A stretch of DNA of 63,804 nucleotides, filler included, from Candidatus Rokuibacteriota bacterium (GCA_031406795.1; 5 parts of 5 records of this genome joined end to end with filler, not necessarily neighbours in it), one strand, 5' to 3'. Positions 31,258-42,816 are shown, counted from the whole stretch's first letter. The notes: generated from the sequence alone by a model not told the origin. A program made the numbers and translations.

Positions 31258-32513
31258 GCACCCTCCGGCAGGCGGCGCTCGTCGAAGATCCGGCGCCAGG
31301 CATCGACCACCGCCGCGGGGGAGAAGACCGGCGCCAGGACGTTTGAACCGTACCGCTGCTCGAGCGCACCCTCGTTCCGGCTGTTAAACAGCTCGGCGAT
31401 CGCCCGGGCGATCGCCTCCGGTTCGTCGCAGGCCGCGTGGATGCCGCCGCCGCGCTCCCCGATCAGGTCCACCAGCGTGCCGCGCCGCGGCGAGACCGCG
31501 AGGAGCGGCCGGCCCGCCTGCACGCAGTCGACCACCTTCGACGGCAGGAAGATCCCTTCCGCGCAGGGAGCTTCGATCACGACGTTGACGTCGCTCGCCG
31601 CGAGGGCGTCGAGCGTCGCCAGATACCCGAGAGAACCGCGGACCTCGACGAGTCCAGCGAGGTCCGCGGCCTGGATTCGGCCCTGAAGTTCCCCAGGCGG
31701 CGCGCCGATCAAGACCAGCCGCGCCCGGTCCCGGGCACGCTCCTGCCGGACGAAGCGGGCAAATCCCTCGAGAAAGGGCCCCGCGTCGCGCCCGTAGCCG
31801 AGGTTGCCGGCGTGGCAGAGCACGAATCGCGAGGGATCCCGCACCCCTGTTACCGCGGCCCCCGGCAGCGCAACGTGGGGGATCACGCTGCTGCGCGCCG
31901 CCGCCACCGGGCCGAGATAGCGCGTCATGTGCGCCCGCAGTCGCTCGCACGGGAACGTGTGCCAGGAGGCCGCCGCGGCGACCCGAGAGCGCAGCCGATC
32001 CTCCCGCGGACGCCGCTTCCGCTCCTCTCCGCGGCCGCACGGCGGCGGCATTTTCTCGGCGGAGGGATCATTCCAGTTCGCGACCCACGGCAGACGCGCC
32101 TGCTGCACAAAAGCGAGCGCAGCCAGGTGGGCGGCCTCGGGGCCGGAACGTGAGAGCACCGCGTCATAACGCCGGTCCCGGGCAAGTTCCCGGGCGAGCG
32201 CGACCGCGTGCGCGGCCCACCGGCACCCGGGAGCCAGCGAGCGCATCTTCAGCCCGCCGCACAGCGTGTCCAATATCCGGCCGGGCCGGCCGCCGGCCGT
32301 CGGGTAACGCACTTCGTGGGTCACCGCCCGCAGCGGCAGCCACGGTTCCACCCAGCCGGAGCCGTAGTTGTACTCGGACTCCTGCTGCAGGTTCCGCGAG
32401 ATCACGTCCACTTCCCACCCCGCGGCGAGAAACGCGAGCGCCAGCTTGCTGTTGACGATCGCCTCGGGATTGGCGAACGGCGCGAAGGCCGGTGCGAACA
32501 TCAGGATCTTCAT
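31254..32513 (-). CDS. GT-B (GT4-like) glycosyltransferase
   Basis: MKILMFAP, HAGNL...R, LPSKVVD. Confidence 0.8.
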   Translation of the reverse strand: MKILMFAPAFAPFANPEAIVNSKLALAFLAAGWEVDVISRNLQQESEYNYGSGWVEPWLPLRAVTHEVRYPTAGGRPGRILDTLCGGLKMRSLAPGCRWAAHAVALARELARDRRYDAVLSRSGPEAAHLAALAFVQQARLPWVANWNDPSAEKMPPPCGRGEERKRRPREDRLRSRVAAAASWHTFPCERLRAHMTRYLGPVAAARSSVIPHVALPGAAVTGVRDPSRFVLCHAGNLGYGRDAGPFLEGFARFVRQERARDRARLVLIGAPPGELQGRIQAADLAGLVEVRGSLGYLATLDALAASDVNVVIEAPCAEGIFLPSKVVDCVQAGRPLLAVSPRRGTLVDLIGERGGGIHAACDEPEAIARAIAELFNSRNEGALEQRYGSNVLAPVFSPAAVVDAWRRIFDERRLPEGA

Positions 32514-33694
32514 GGTGTCCCGAGCATCCGCGCCACCTTCCTCACCGGCCGGACCAGGGCGAGCGGCAGGCCCGGCCAGTCGCCGAGCAGCGAACGGTCG
32601 ACCTCGCCGGAGCGGCGGCGCTGCGGCCGGGAGCCGATGATGCCGTCGAGCAACTCCGCGTAGGCCTGTCCGTTCGCCCGGGAGGTGAATCTGTCCCGCG
32701 CCGTCTCCCAGGCCCGTAGCGACAGCGCGCGGAGGCATGCGCGGTCGGCATCCATCTCGGCGATCGCCCGAGCGAATCCTGCCGCATCCCCCGGCGCCGC
32801 AAGATAGCCGTTCACGCCGTTGTCGACCACGAAGTCCGTGCTCCCGGGGATCCGGGTGGCCACCGGAACGACGCCGCACGCCACCGCCTCGAGAAGAACG
32901 AGCGGCAGCCCCTCGAAGCGCGACGGCATCAGGAGAACATCGGCTTGAGCCAGGAGCGCCTGCGTGCGCTCGTGCGGCACAGCGCCGTGAAGAGTCACGG
33001 AAGCGCCCAGCTTCTCCCGCTCGAACGCCGCGGCAAGGGCGGCCCGGTCGGGTCCGTCGCCGACGACGTCGACGTGAAGCGTCCGGCCGGCGTCCCGGAG
33101 TTGTCCGAAGATGGCAGGAAGCAGCAGCACGCCCTTCTGCGCATCGTCGAGGGATCCGACGTAGATCGCCCGCAATGCGGAAGCAGCGCGCTCCCTCCCC
33201 TTGGGCCAGACCGCCGGAACCGGCACGCCATTCGGAATGCAGCGCACGCGCTCCGCCGGGACACCGGCATCCAGCGCCGCCGCGCGCGTCGCCGGGCTGA
33301 CCGCCGCCATCACGTCCCATTCCCCGCCGTTGCCGGCCGCATTCCTGACCATGCTGAGAAGCGCGAGGTGCAGGATCGGTATCGTCGCCGTCCGCGGCGG
33401 CAGCAGCCCCAGCCCCGCTTGCGCCCACGGCGCATCGTTCAAAACGATCGCGTCGAAGCCGCCAAGCGCCGCAGCAATCCTCCGCACGTGGTGCAGCCGC
33501 GAACGAGATCGCCGCGGGAGCACCTGCCGCACTGTGTACCCCGCCGTGGAGAACGATCGCGACCAGACCCCCGCCGCGTGCGTCTCCACGAACTCCACCA
33601 CGTCCCCGCGGTTCGTGAAGAAATCCGCGAGGTGCCGCAGAAACGTCTCCACGCCGCCGACATTCAGCGCATAGGTTACGAGCGCCAGGCGCAT
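32510..33694 (-). CDS. GT4 glycosyltransferase
   Basis: GGVET, IPNGV, QKG, EGLPLVLLEA. Confidence 0.9.
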   Translation of the reverse strand: MRLALVTYALNVGGVETFLRHLADFFTNRGDVVEFVETHAAGVWSRSFSTAGYTVRQVLPRRSRSRLHHVRRIAAALGGFDAIVLNDAPWAQAGLGLLPPRTATIPILHLALLSMVRNAAGNGGEWDVMAAVSPATRAAALDAGVPAERVRCIPNGVPVPAVWPKGRERAASALRAIYVGSLDDAQKGVLLLPAIFGQLRDAGRTLHVDVVGDGPDRAALAAAFEREKLGASVTLHGAVPHERTQALLAQADVLLMPSRFEGLPLVLLEAVACGVVPVATRIPGSTDFVVDNGVNGYLAAPGDAAGFARAIAEMDADRACLRALSLRAWETARDRFTSRANGQAYAELLDGIIGSRPQRRRSGEVDRSLLGDWPGLPLALVRPVRKVARMLGTP

Positions 33695-33716
33695 GCCGCC
33701 ACCCCCGCGAGCGTGT

Positions 33717-34892
33717 TCACAGCCGACCGTAGAGGTCTTGATGCCGTTGAAACCATGCGGACGCCGAGAATTCCCGCTCGACGCGCGCCCGGGCAGCCGC
33801 CCCGAGCCGCGCTGCGAGTGCCCTGTCAAGAAGCACGCGCCCGAGCGCTGCCGCGAGCGCTGCCGGGTCGCCCGGCGGCACGAGCCGTCCATCCACGCCG
33901 TCCGCGATGATCTCCCGCAGACCGCCAAGCCGGGACGCGACCACCGGCACGCCGAGCGCCATCGCCTCGAGCGCCGCGATCGAGGTCGCCTCCTCGATAC
34001 CATGCACGGGCACAGACGGAATCAGCACGGCGGTCGCGTGCTTCACCAGCGGCAACAACGCCGCGTGGTCCAACTCGCCAGGAAAGGCCACGTCGTCCGT
34101 CAACCCCAGTTCCGCTACGAGCGCCGCCAGCCGCGGGTGCTCCGGACCGCTGCCGGCGAGCAACAGTCGCGGGCGCGCCGCCGGTTCGAGGAGCGCGAGC
34201 GCCCGGACCGCGAATTCAACGCCGTTCTTCGGCGCGAGCCGCCGCGGCACAACGACCCAGGTCCGCCCCCCGGCCGCAATCTCCGGCAGCCGACCGGCCG
34301 CCAGTGCGTCCACCGTCGCCAGGTCCACTGCGTTGGGGATGACGACGACCTTCGCGGGGGACGCCCCCTGCCCGATGACTATCGCGCGCTGCCCCTCGTC
34401 GACTGCGACGATCGCGTCCGCGCCGGCCCAGGCCTCCCGCTCGCAACGCTCGACCGTCAACACGTCCGGAGAATCGGGGGCGGCGCCGGCCTCGATCATG
34501 TGCCGCGACACCGGCCCGTGGACGGTGCTGACTACCCGAAACCGGCGTCCGTCGCGCCGCAAGCGCCCGCGCGCGCCGAGCGCCGCCCACGTCGCCATCG
34601 CATCGTGACCGTGCACGATGTCGATCCCGCGCTCCGGCAGGAGACCCCGCAGCGTCCGCGCCCAGAGCGAGACCGTCTCGCGCCCGGACGCCGCGCGCAC
34701 CCGGCGCCGCACCCCGAAGCGCACCCGGGCCCAGCCCCGCGCCTGCGCCGCGCAGATCTGCCGGAAGCCAACGACCTCGCTCTCGGGAATCCCCAGCCGG
34801 TCGGCGAGCAGCCGCAGGTGTGAACTCACCCCGCCCGCCGCGGGGAAGACCCACGAGGTGACGAGCAGCACCCGGGGTTCAGCGTCCGCCAT
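33717..34892 (-). CDS. GT4 glycosyltransferase
   Basis: GGVSSH, TVHG, RRLAPKNG, EATSIAALEAMA. Confidence 0.9.
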   Translation of the reverse strand: MADAEPRVLLVTSWVFPAAGGVSSHLRLLADRLGIPESEVVGFRQICAAQARGWARVRFGVRRRVRAASGRETVSLWARTLRGLLPERGIDIVHGHDAMATWAALGARGRLRRDGRRFRVVSTVHGPVSRHMIEAGAAPDSPDVLTVERCEREAWAGADAIVAVDEGQRAIVIGQGASPAKVVVIPNAVDLATVDALAAGRLPEIAAGGRTWVVVPRRLAPKNGVEFAVRALALLEPAARPRLLLAGSGPEHPRLAALVAELGLTDDVAFPGELDHAALLPLVKHATAVLIPSVPVHGIEEATSIAALEAMALGVPVVASRLGGLREIIADGVDGRLVPPGDPAALAAALGRVLLDRALAARLGAAARARVEREFSASAWFQRHQDLYGRL

Positions 34893-35832
34893 CGTCCCGT
34901 TCCTTTTCGTCGCGACGGGCGAGCAGGGTGAGCTGGAAGCCTCCCGAGGCCATCGGGTCGACCGGCGCGAATGCCGCCCTCCCCAACCGCGCCCGCACCG
35001 CCGCGAAAAAGGCCCGCCGATCGGCAAGCGCCTGGTACTCCGGCAAGAACGGCTGCGACGATTCCCAGAAGCATTCCGTGAGGAACCCCGCCTCGCCCAG
35101 AAGCCTGCTGAGCGTCCGCGTGTCGAAGTAGTTGAGGTGTTCCAGATCCACGCGGAAGCCGACCCACGCCGGGCCGATCGTCGTCGCCTGACCCGCGATC
35201 GGGACCCCCACCACCACTCGCGCGCCGGGGCGGGTCAGCCGACTGACCTCGTCGAGCAGTCCCCGCGGGTCCGCGACGTGCTCGAGGACCATCGAAGCCA
35301 CGACCACGTCTGCCTGCCCGGCGATCTCCGCCACCCGCGCATGGACTGCGAAGCCCGCTTCCCTCAGCCGCGCCGCAGCGACGGGGTCGACCTCGACGGC
35401 CATCGCCTGCGCTCCCAGGCGTCGAACCTCGTGGAGCACTCCCCCCGCGCCGCCGGGACCGAGTTCGACGACGATCTTGCCCGACACGCCGCTGGTTCGC
35501 ACCAGGACCTCCGTGTAGGGCGATATCGGCGTCCGCCCCGTCACCCGCCGCAGCAACCGCCCGAGACCAAAGCCTCGACGTCCGCCCGGCGGCTGCAGAT
35601 AGCGCTTGCGCTCCGCGTACCCGGCATAGAACCGTTCCAGCTGCGCCGCTGAAGGCACGCGCGGGAGGTACACCGCGCCGCACTCCCCGCACCGCGCGAC
35701 CTCCAGCCCGTCCGGGCGCTCGCAAAGCGTCTCCCGCGTCGCCGACCCGCAGGCGAAGCACTCCCGCTCCGCGAGATCGCGCGTATCCCACGCCGGCACC
35801 GGCTCGCCGGACAGCGGCGGCAGCCGGGTCAC
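34879..35832 (-). CDS. class I SAM-dependent methyltransferase with N-terminal Zn-ribbon
   Basis: CFACG...CGECG, VELGPG, VLEHVADP, EHLNYF. Confidence 0.85.
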   Translation of the reverse strand: MTRLPPLSGEPVPAWDTRDLAERECFACGSATRETLCERPDGLEVARCGECGAVYLPRVPSAAQLERFYAGYAERKRYLQPPGGRRGFGLGRLLRRVTGRTPISPYTEVLVRTSGVSGKIVVELGPGGAGGVLHEVRRLGAQAMAVEVDPVAAARLREAGFAVHARVAEIAGQADVVVASMVLEHVADPRGLLDEVSRLTRPGARVVVGVPIAGQATTIGPAWVGFRVDLEHLNYFDTRTLSRLLGEAGFLTECFWESSQPFLPEYQALADRRAFFAAVRARLGRAAFAPVDPMASGGFQLTLLARRDEKERDDGGR

Positions 35833-37319
35833 GCGCGCACCGCCTTCCGCACCATCCCCAGCAGCGGCACAGACGCCAGCACCGTGAGCGCGACGCCGGC
35901 GAGCACCGGGAAGCGCTCCCGCACGCCGCCGCCGAGACAGGCGGCGAAAACCGCCGCAGTGAATGCGAACAGCCGCCACAGACCGCTGATCGCCGCGGGC
36001 GCGATTCGCAGTTCCACGTACGCCATCTGCCAGAGCGTGTGCAGCAGGTACGCCGCCAGGTAGGCGATGCCCAGCCCCGTCGCCCCGCGGCGCGGCACGA
36101 GAAAGGCCGCCGCACCGACGAGCGCGAACGCCCACGCGAGGTTCATCAGGGTCCCGGTCCACAGCCGCCCCGCGCCCACCAGCGCCGCTCCGACCGTCGC
36201 GTTCACGATCGAGAGGAAGGCCGCCACCATGAGCGCAGGCAGCACGAGCTCCATCCCCGCGAACTGGCGCCCGAAGATCGCGGCGACCGGTCCCGCGAGC
36301 ACCACGGTCACGACGGTCAGCGGGAGGGCGACTACCCAGGTCACACGCAGATTGAGAGTGAACGCCTCCCGGAACCCGGCGCGGTCGTCGCTTCCGTGGG
36401 TTTGCGCGAGCACCGGCAGCACCGCCGCAGCGAGCATTCCCGGGAGAAAGACGATCACCATCCGCCACTGGTTGGCGGCGTTGAAGATCCCCAGCTCGCC
36501 GTAGCCGCCCGGACCGCGCACGAGCATCAGGTTGGTGACCCACATGACGGGAATCAGCAGCAGGCTCGAGAGCAGCGACGGGAGCGCGACGCGGGTCAGG
36601 ACGCCGGCTTCGCGCCAGATCTGCCGATCGTAGCGCAGCGGGACGGCGTGCGACGCGGTCGTGCGCCCGAGCACGACCGCCCCCCAGGCCAGCCCGAGCG
36701 CCGCATTGACCGTCACGGCCGCCACGGCGCCATCGACGCCGTAGAGCCAGACCAGGGGCACCGTGATGAACGGCGCCGCGGCCCCGAGCCAGAGCTGTAT
36801 TCGCGCGATGCGGCGGAACTCCTCGAACCCGGCGAGTGCCGCCGAGACGACGCCCCCGAGCGTCGTGACGACCAGCTGGAGCGCGGCGGCCATGACAAGC
36901 CGTTCGAGCGACGCGCGCCCGAGCGTACCGCCCGCGAGCCAGCCCGCCCCCGCAACGCAGGCGACGCCCAGCACCCCGGCGGTCAGCACGGCAACAGCGA
37001 GCGTCAGGCCCGCGATCCTGCCGGCACGAGCCGGGTCGGTTCGCCGGTGCTCCGCGATGCACTTGGTGGCCGTGGTCCCGAGACCGAAACCGGCGAAAAC
37101 CCCGAGCATGCCCACCGTGGACTGCACCATGCCCATCTCGCCGTAGCCGACCTTGCCGAGCAGTCTCGCCGTGATCACGGCGCTGCCCACCGCAAGCACC
37201 TTTGATCCCACGCCGCCGACGAGCGACCACCAGGCGCCCCGCGCGACGCGCGCCCCGGCCGGCGAACGTTCGACATTCACCCGCAACCGACCCAGCACCC
37301 GCGACGCCGGCCCGATCAC
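35829..37319 (-). CDS. wzx: oligosaccharide flippase Wzx
   Basis: Many TMs; ARLLGKVGYG, ELGIFNAA; position in the cluster. Confidence 0.88.
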   Translation of the reverse strand: MIGPASRVLGRLRVNVERSPAGARVARGAWWSLVGGVGSKVLAVGSAVITARLLGKVGYGEMGMVQSTVGMLGVFAGFGLGTTATKCIAEHRRTDPARAGRIAGLTLAVAVLTAGVLGVACVAGAGWLAGGTLGRASLERLVMAAALQLVVTTLGGVVSAALAGFEEFRRIARIQLWLGAAAPFITVPLVWLYGVDGAVAAVTVNAALGLAWGAVVLGRTTASHAVPLRYDRQIWREAGVLTRVALPSLLSSLLLIPVMWVTNLMLVRGPGGYGELGIFNAANQWRMVIVFLPGMLAAAVLPVLAQTHGSDDRAGFREAFTLNLRVTWVVALPLTVVTVVLAGPVAAIFGRQFAGMELVLPALMVAAFLSIVNATVGAALVGAGRLWTGTLMNLAWAFALVGAAAFLVPRRGATGLGIAYLAAYLLHTLWQMAYVELRIAPAAISGLWRLFAFTAAVFAACLGGGVRERFPVLAGVALTVLASVPLLGMVRKAVRA

Positions 37320-38440
37320 AACGCCGCCACGATCCGCCCGGCCGCCCGCCCGTCGCCGTAGGGGTTGTGCGCCCGCGTCATCGCCTCCCGGGCGCCGCGG
37401 TCATCGAGCAGCCGGCGCGCCTCGCGCAGGATCGCGTCGCGGCCGGTCCCGACCAGTCGCGCGGTTCCCGCCACCACCGCCTCCGGCCGCTCGGTGGTCT
37501 CCCGCATCACGAGCACCGGCTTGCCGAGCGACGGGGCCTCCTCCTGGACGCCTCCGGAGTCCGTGAGAATGAACTCGGCCCGCTGCATCAGAGAGACGAA
37601 GGGGAGGTAGTCGAGCGGGTCGAGCAGGTGGACCGCGGAAAGCCCGCCCAGGATCGAGCGCACCGGTTGCTGGACGTTCGGGTTGAGGTGCACGGGGTAG
37701 ACGATCTGGAGATCCTCGCGCGTGACGGCGAGTTCGCGCAACGCCTCGCAGATGCCGCGGAAGCCCTCCCCGAAACTCTCCCGACGGTGGCCGGTAACCA
37801 GGACGAGCCGCTTGCCGGGGTCGAGGAAATTCAGCTGCTCTTCGACCTGCCGACGCAGCCCCTCGTCGTCGCGCAGCCGCTCGGTCACGAATTTCAGCGC
37901 ATCGATGACCGTGTTGCCGGTGACGAAGATGCGCGCCGCCGGCACACCCTCGCTCCGCAGGTTCTCCGCGGCCTGCTGCGTGGGCGCGAAATGCAGATCC
38001 GCCATCACGCCGACGACCCGGCGGTTCAGCTCCTCGGGATAGGGCGCCCCCAGGCTGCCGGTGCGCAGGCCGGCTTCGATGTGCCCGACGGGGACCCGGG
38101 CATAGAATGCCGCCAGCGCCGCGGCCATGGCGGTGGTTGTGTCTCCCTGCACAAGAACCAGGTCGGGACGCTCGGCGGCCAGGATACCGCGCAGGCCCTG
38201 AAGTGCGCCGCAGGTGATATCCGTGAGGTCCTGCCCGGGTCTCATCAGGTCGAGATCGTGACGCACCCCGATCTCGAAGAGTTCGAGGACCTGGTCGAGC
38301 ATCCGGCGGTGCTGCGCGGTGACACAGACAACCGTCTCGAACCGCCCCGGATGCCGACGCAGCTCACGAATGACCGGCGCGAGCTTGATGGCCTCGGGGC
38401 GGGTCCCGAGAACTACCACGATGCGCTTGGCGCGTTGAAT
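37316..38440 (-). CDS. wecB: UDP-GlcNAc 2-epimerase (non-hydrolysing)
   Basis: GTRPEAIK, QGDTTT, HIEAGLRT, HRRESFG, TDSGGVQEEAP, NPYGDG; start uncertain (ATT 38440 or 38536). Confidence 0.94.
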   Translation of the reverse strand: MQRAKRIVVVLGTRPEAIKLAPVIRELRRHPGRFETVVCVTAQHRRMLDQVLELFEIGVRHDLDLMRPGQDLTDITCGALQGLRGILAAERPDLVLVQGDTTTAMAAALAAFYARVPVGHIEAGLRTGSLGAPYPEELNRRVVGVMADLHFAPTQQAAENLRSEGVPAARIFVTGNTVIDALKFVTERLRDDEGLRRQVEEQLNFLDPGKRLVLVTGHRRESFGEGFRGICEALRELAVTREDLQIVYPVHLNPNVQQPVRSILGGLSAVHLLDPLDYLPFVSLMQRAEFILTDSGGVQEEAPSLGKPVLVMRETTERPEAVVAGTARLVGTGRDAILREARRLLDDRGAREAMTRAHNPYGDGRAAGRIVAAL

Positions 38441-38683
38441 ATCGTCCCCCTCCCCGAAGACTCCGCGGTTGTCCCCGGCAGCTCTCTCCGGAAGAAACCG
38501 TTCCGAATTGTACTCGAAAACGACTCCGCGGAGCACAACGGCTCGAAATTCCTCACGATTCCGCTTCTTCGGCGCCCCTTTCGGTAACGTGCTGCCCCAT
38601 AATCAGTAGCAATATAGAGGGAATGACGTAAAATGGTAGGGTCCCGCGAGGGGCGAAGAGGTTTTGGCTGCCGAGGAGGGGTA

Positions 38684-41600
38684 ATGCACGGCGATCGCAC
38701 GATAAGAGCAACTGGTTTGAAAGCCTTCCTCGGAAGGGTTCTGGCGTTGAAATCAGCATTCGCCGGCTTCGCCGCCGTGCTGACGCTGGCGGCGCCCGTC
38801 CAGGCCATCCAGACCGTGCAGACGTTCTATGTGCCGATTCCGGAAGAGCATTTCCGTCTCTACGCCAACGCCCAGACGGCCGACGCCACGGTGCCCTGGG
38901 AGGAGGACCTCATCCGGTCGGTGGTCTCCATCACCGGCACCTTCAACGGGACCGTCATCTACTACGACCAGTGGGAAGATGGTTACGAATACGACATCAC
39001 CGCCCCGACCCAGAGCACCACGCAGGTCTGGGGCGACAACAACCCCGCGAACGGCATGCCTCCCGGGTTCGCCACGGATGTCATCAACGCCGGGGATGTC
39101 ATCACGCTGACAAACGACGTCCCCTGCTATCCGGCGCGGGACCAGGGCAATCAGTACTACGACGGCCGGGACAAGATCGCCTGCACCGAGCAGTTGGTGG
39201 TCACGCACGCCATGTGGCCCGTCGGCACGCCGTTCGCCATCGGGGCGATGCTGGCGGGAGCCGTGGAGGCCTTCGACACCAACAAGTGGGGGACCTCCTA
39301 CACGGTTCCGGTCGGCCAGGCCGCCTTCGGCGCGGGAACCGGGTTCGAGTGGGTTTCGCTCTCCATCATCGCCCAGAAGGACGGTACGGTCGTCGCCGTC
39401 GATGCGGATGGGCCCGGCGCGGGGGCCGCGGTCAACTATGCGCTGAACCAGGGGGAGATCGCCTACGTCACCACCATCCAGCGCGGGGCCACCGTGACTT
39501 CCACCGGCGGACCGGTTCAGGTGAACATGCTCACCTGCGACGCGAACACGACCTACAACGGGCGCCTCTTTCCGCTTCTCCCGACGGCCATGTGGGGAAA
39601 CACCTATTACTGTCCGGTGCCCACGACCCTCGAGGGAGGCGGCGCGACGGTCACGAACTCCGTCATCCTCTACAACCCCGGAGCGGGAAACATCACCGTG
39701 GTCCGTACCGTCGCCGGCGGCGGGACAACGAACATCATCGTCCCCGCGGGTACGCACATGATCAATGCCATGCCGCAGAACACCGGTGCGCGCTACCAGA
39801 GCCTCGGCGGCCAGCCCTTCTATGCGCTGGCGGCGATCGACATGAACGGCGTGGTGCACAACTGGGGCTTCACGATGATCGACAGCACCCAGCTGACCAC
39901 GTCGGCGGTGGTCGGGTGGGCCCCCGGCACCACCGATCTGGCGCGGGACGCCAGCCCGGTCTGGGTCACCGCGGATCAAGCCACCACGGTCTATGTCGAT
40001 TACGACGGCGACCCCGCGACCGGACTCCTCGGCCCGGATGCCAACGGCCTCAGGTATGACGTTTCCTACGCTCTGGCCGCTTTCGGCTCCCAGAGAGTAT
40101 TCTCCCCGGGTCCGGCAGGTTCCTACGACCACACCGGCTACCGGATCTACACGACCGACAACGCCAAGATCGCCGTCGCCTGGGGCCAGGACGGAAACAG
40201 TTCCTCCAGCGGCCAGCTCACCGAGTTCGACCTTGGCACCACCGTAATCCCCTACCCCTCGATCACCGCCTACAAGTCGGCGAGCATCGTCGGCGACTTC
40301 AACGGAAACGGCTCTCTGGACGCCGGCGAGGTGCTGGAGTACACGATCCGGGTCTACAACAGCGGCGTCCTGCCGATCTCCGGCATCACGCTGAACGACA
40401 CGCTGGACGCCAGCGTCACCTACGTCGCCGACACCACGACGCTGGACGGGAGCGCGATCCCGGATGACGGTGCGGGCAGCCGCTTCCCGCTGGACGCGCC
40501 CGGCTACAACCTGACGACCCCAGCCACGCTGAACCCCGGTCAGTCGGTCTATTTCGTTTTCCAGGTCACCGCGGCCACGCCGCTCGTCGTGACCAGCATC
40601 AACAACAACGCCCGGGTCAACTCGGTCGCCGAGATCTTCGCGAACCTCCTGGTCACCGCCGCCGCCCAGGGCGGCCTGCAGACCACGAAGACCTCCACTC
40701 TGCCGAACAACCCGCTGCTCCCGGACGACATCATCAGCTACCGGGTGGATGTGACCAACACCTCCAACGCGCCGCTGACCGGTATCACCCTCACCGATCC
40801 GCTGCCCGCGGGGACCGATTACGTCGCCGGCAGCACGGTTGCGGTCGGCCCATCGCAGAAGCACGTTCTCGACCTCTTCGACACGCTGGCCTATGCCAAC
40901 CAGGACGGCCCCGGGCAGTGGGCGGGCGACTGGCTGGAGGTTGACGCCGCCGGCGGCCCCCAGTCCCCCACTGCGGGTAACGTACAGGTGATCAACGGCG
41001 AACTGCGCCTGGATGACCCGGCGGGGGCCGCAGGGTCGTCGGCGGCCAGGCGGGTCGACCTGTCCGTCTACGCGGGAGGCCTGGCCTCTCTGCGCTTCAA
41101 CTACCGCACCAACCCGTACGTGGTGGCCGGCGACGCCGTGGTCGTCGAGATCTCCGCCACCGGAGGCGCCCCATACACCGCGTTGGCGACCTTGAACGGC
41201 TTCGCCGGCGCCGTCAAGGGATCGCGCTCGTTCGACATCTCCGCCTACATTTCGGCCAACACCACGGTGCGCTTCCGGGTCAGCGCCGGTTACAACAACG
41301 TCCCGCCCCAGAAGTATTTCTACGTCGACCAGGTGCAGATCCGGGCGACGGGCGGCACCAAGACCGCGCTGGACCAATTCACCACGCTCACCTACGCCGG
41401 AGGCGCCAATTTCTCCGGCCCCTGGAGCGAAACCGACAACGCCGGCAACCCGCAGGACCCGGCAACCGGCAGCGTCATGGTCATCGCGAACGCCGGGAAT
41501 CCGGGTCTGCGTTTTCAGACGCGCAGCGGCGCGCCCAGCGCGGCAGTCGGCAATGCCGCGACGCGGGCGATCTTCGCCGACGGGGTCGTCGGCGCCACCC

Positions 41601-42340
41601 TGACTTTCGACGTCGCCGTCGTCAGCGCCCCCGCCGGCACGCTCGCCGCGGAGATCTCGGCGGACGGGACGAACTTTGCCATTCTCGGGATCTACAACGC
41701 CGCTGCCGCCGCAAGCTTCGACATCACCCCCTACCTCTCCGCAGCCACCACGCTGCGGTTCAGGGTGGCCAGCATCAGCGGGAACCAAAACCGCTACTAC
41801 TTCGTCGACAACGTCCAGGTCGTCGCCGGCAAGCAGCAAGTCCGGACCTTGGACAACGTCAGCGGCGGGGCCAATCCCGATCTCTTCGACGGCGTTCCCG
41901 CGGTGCTGACCGCGCCCGGGGACAACATCGCACTGGCTCCCGGCGAGACGCTCCGCGTCGATTACCAGGTGAAGGTCCGGACCCCCCCGGACGTCAATCG
42001 CGTCGTGAATCTCGTGACCGTGACGTGTTTCGAGAAGACGCCCCCGGTCACCGCCCGGACCGTCGACGCCGTCATCGAGGGCGGCGCCATCGGCGATCTG
42101 GTCTGGATCGACGCGAACGGCGACGGGACCTTCGACGTCGGCGAGCAGGGTCTGGTGAACGTCCTGGTCTGGCTCGATCTGGACAACGATGGCACGATCG
42201 ACGCTGCGGAACCTCAGGCCCTGACCGGCTCCCGCGGCACCTATCTCGTCTCCGGCCTCGTGCCGGGAACCTATCGGGTGCGGGTGGACACCGGCACGCT
42301 CCCGACGGGGCTGGTCATGTCGGGCGGCGCCAACCCGAGC
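38684..42340 (+). CDS. large secreted surface protein/adhesin (DUF11-like and SdrD-B-like domains), 3'-partial
   Basis: GAGGAGGG SD; signal peptide; LEYTIRVYN..LNDTL and ISYRVDVTN..LTDPLP repeats; IGDLVWIDANGDG. Confidence 0.8.
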
Positions 42341-42440
42341 NNNNNNNNNNNNNNNNNNNNNNNNNNNNNNNNNNNNNNNNNNNNTTAATTAATTAANNNN
42401 NNNNNNNNNNNNNNNNNNNNNNNNNNNNNNNNNNNNNNNN
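42341..42440. other. artificial contig linker
   Basis: N-run with TTAATTAATTAA. Confidence 0.98.
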
Positions 42441-42441
42441 C

Positions 42442-42816
42442 TGGATCTACAACGGCGACAACTTCTATTACAAGGAAGCGGGCGAAGGCTTCCTCTACAT
42501 CCCCTACCAGTACGCCTACAACAACTACTACTGCAATTTCGGCAAGGTGAAGGGCCGCAGCGACAATCCCGGCGGCTGGCCGCTTGAGGCGTGCTACATG
42601 AGCCAGGACGAGCCCTGGAGCTCCTCGAAGTGGTACACCTTCGACATCACGTGGGACGGTTCGACCATCACGCTGAGCGTCGACGGCAGGGTCAGGCACT
42701 CCGGACAGCTCGACCCCGCCAGCAGGAATCTCGTCGCCGGCCTCGGCTGGCCGCCGGCTGAGCACGAAGGCGTCATCGGCATGGAGTTCCGCAACTGGAG
42801 CTTCAAGAAACTGTAG
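42442..42816 (+). CDS. C-terminal fragment of an unknown beta-rich protein
   Basis: Open frame from the contig start with host-like codon usage; WYTFDITWDG..LSVDG suggests a lectin-like sandwich. Confidence 0.6.
   Translation, partial: WIYNGDNFYYKEAGEGFLYIPYQYAYNNYYCNFGKVKGRSDNPGGWPLEACYMSQDEPWSSSKWYTFDITWDGSTITLSVDGRVRHSGQLDPASRNLVAGLGWPPAEHEGVIGMEFRNWSFKKL

Noticed and set aside
38540-38680. c-di-GMP (GEMM) riboswitch
   Set aside because: Only a GNRA hairpin is present; the conserved flanking GCAAA / ACGCAAAG and P3 elements are missing.
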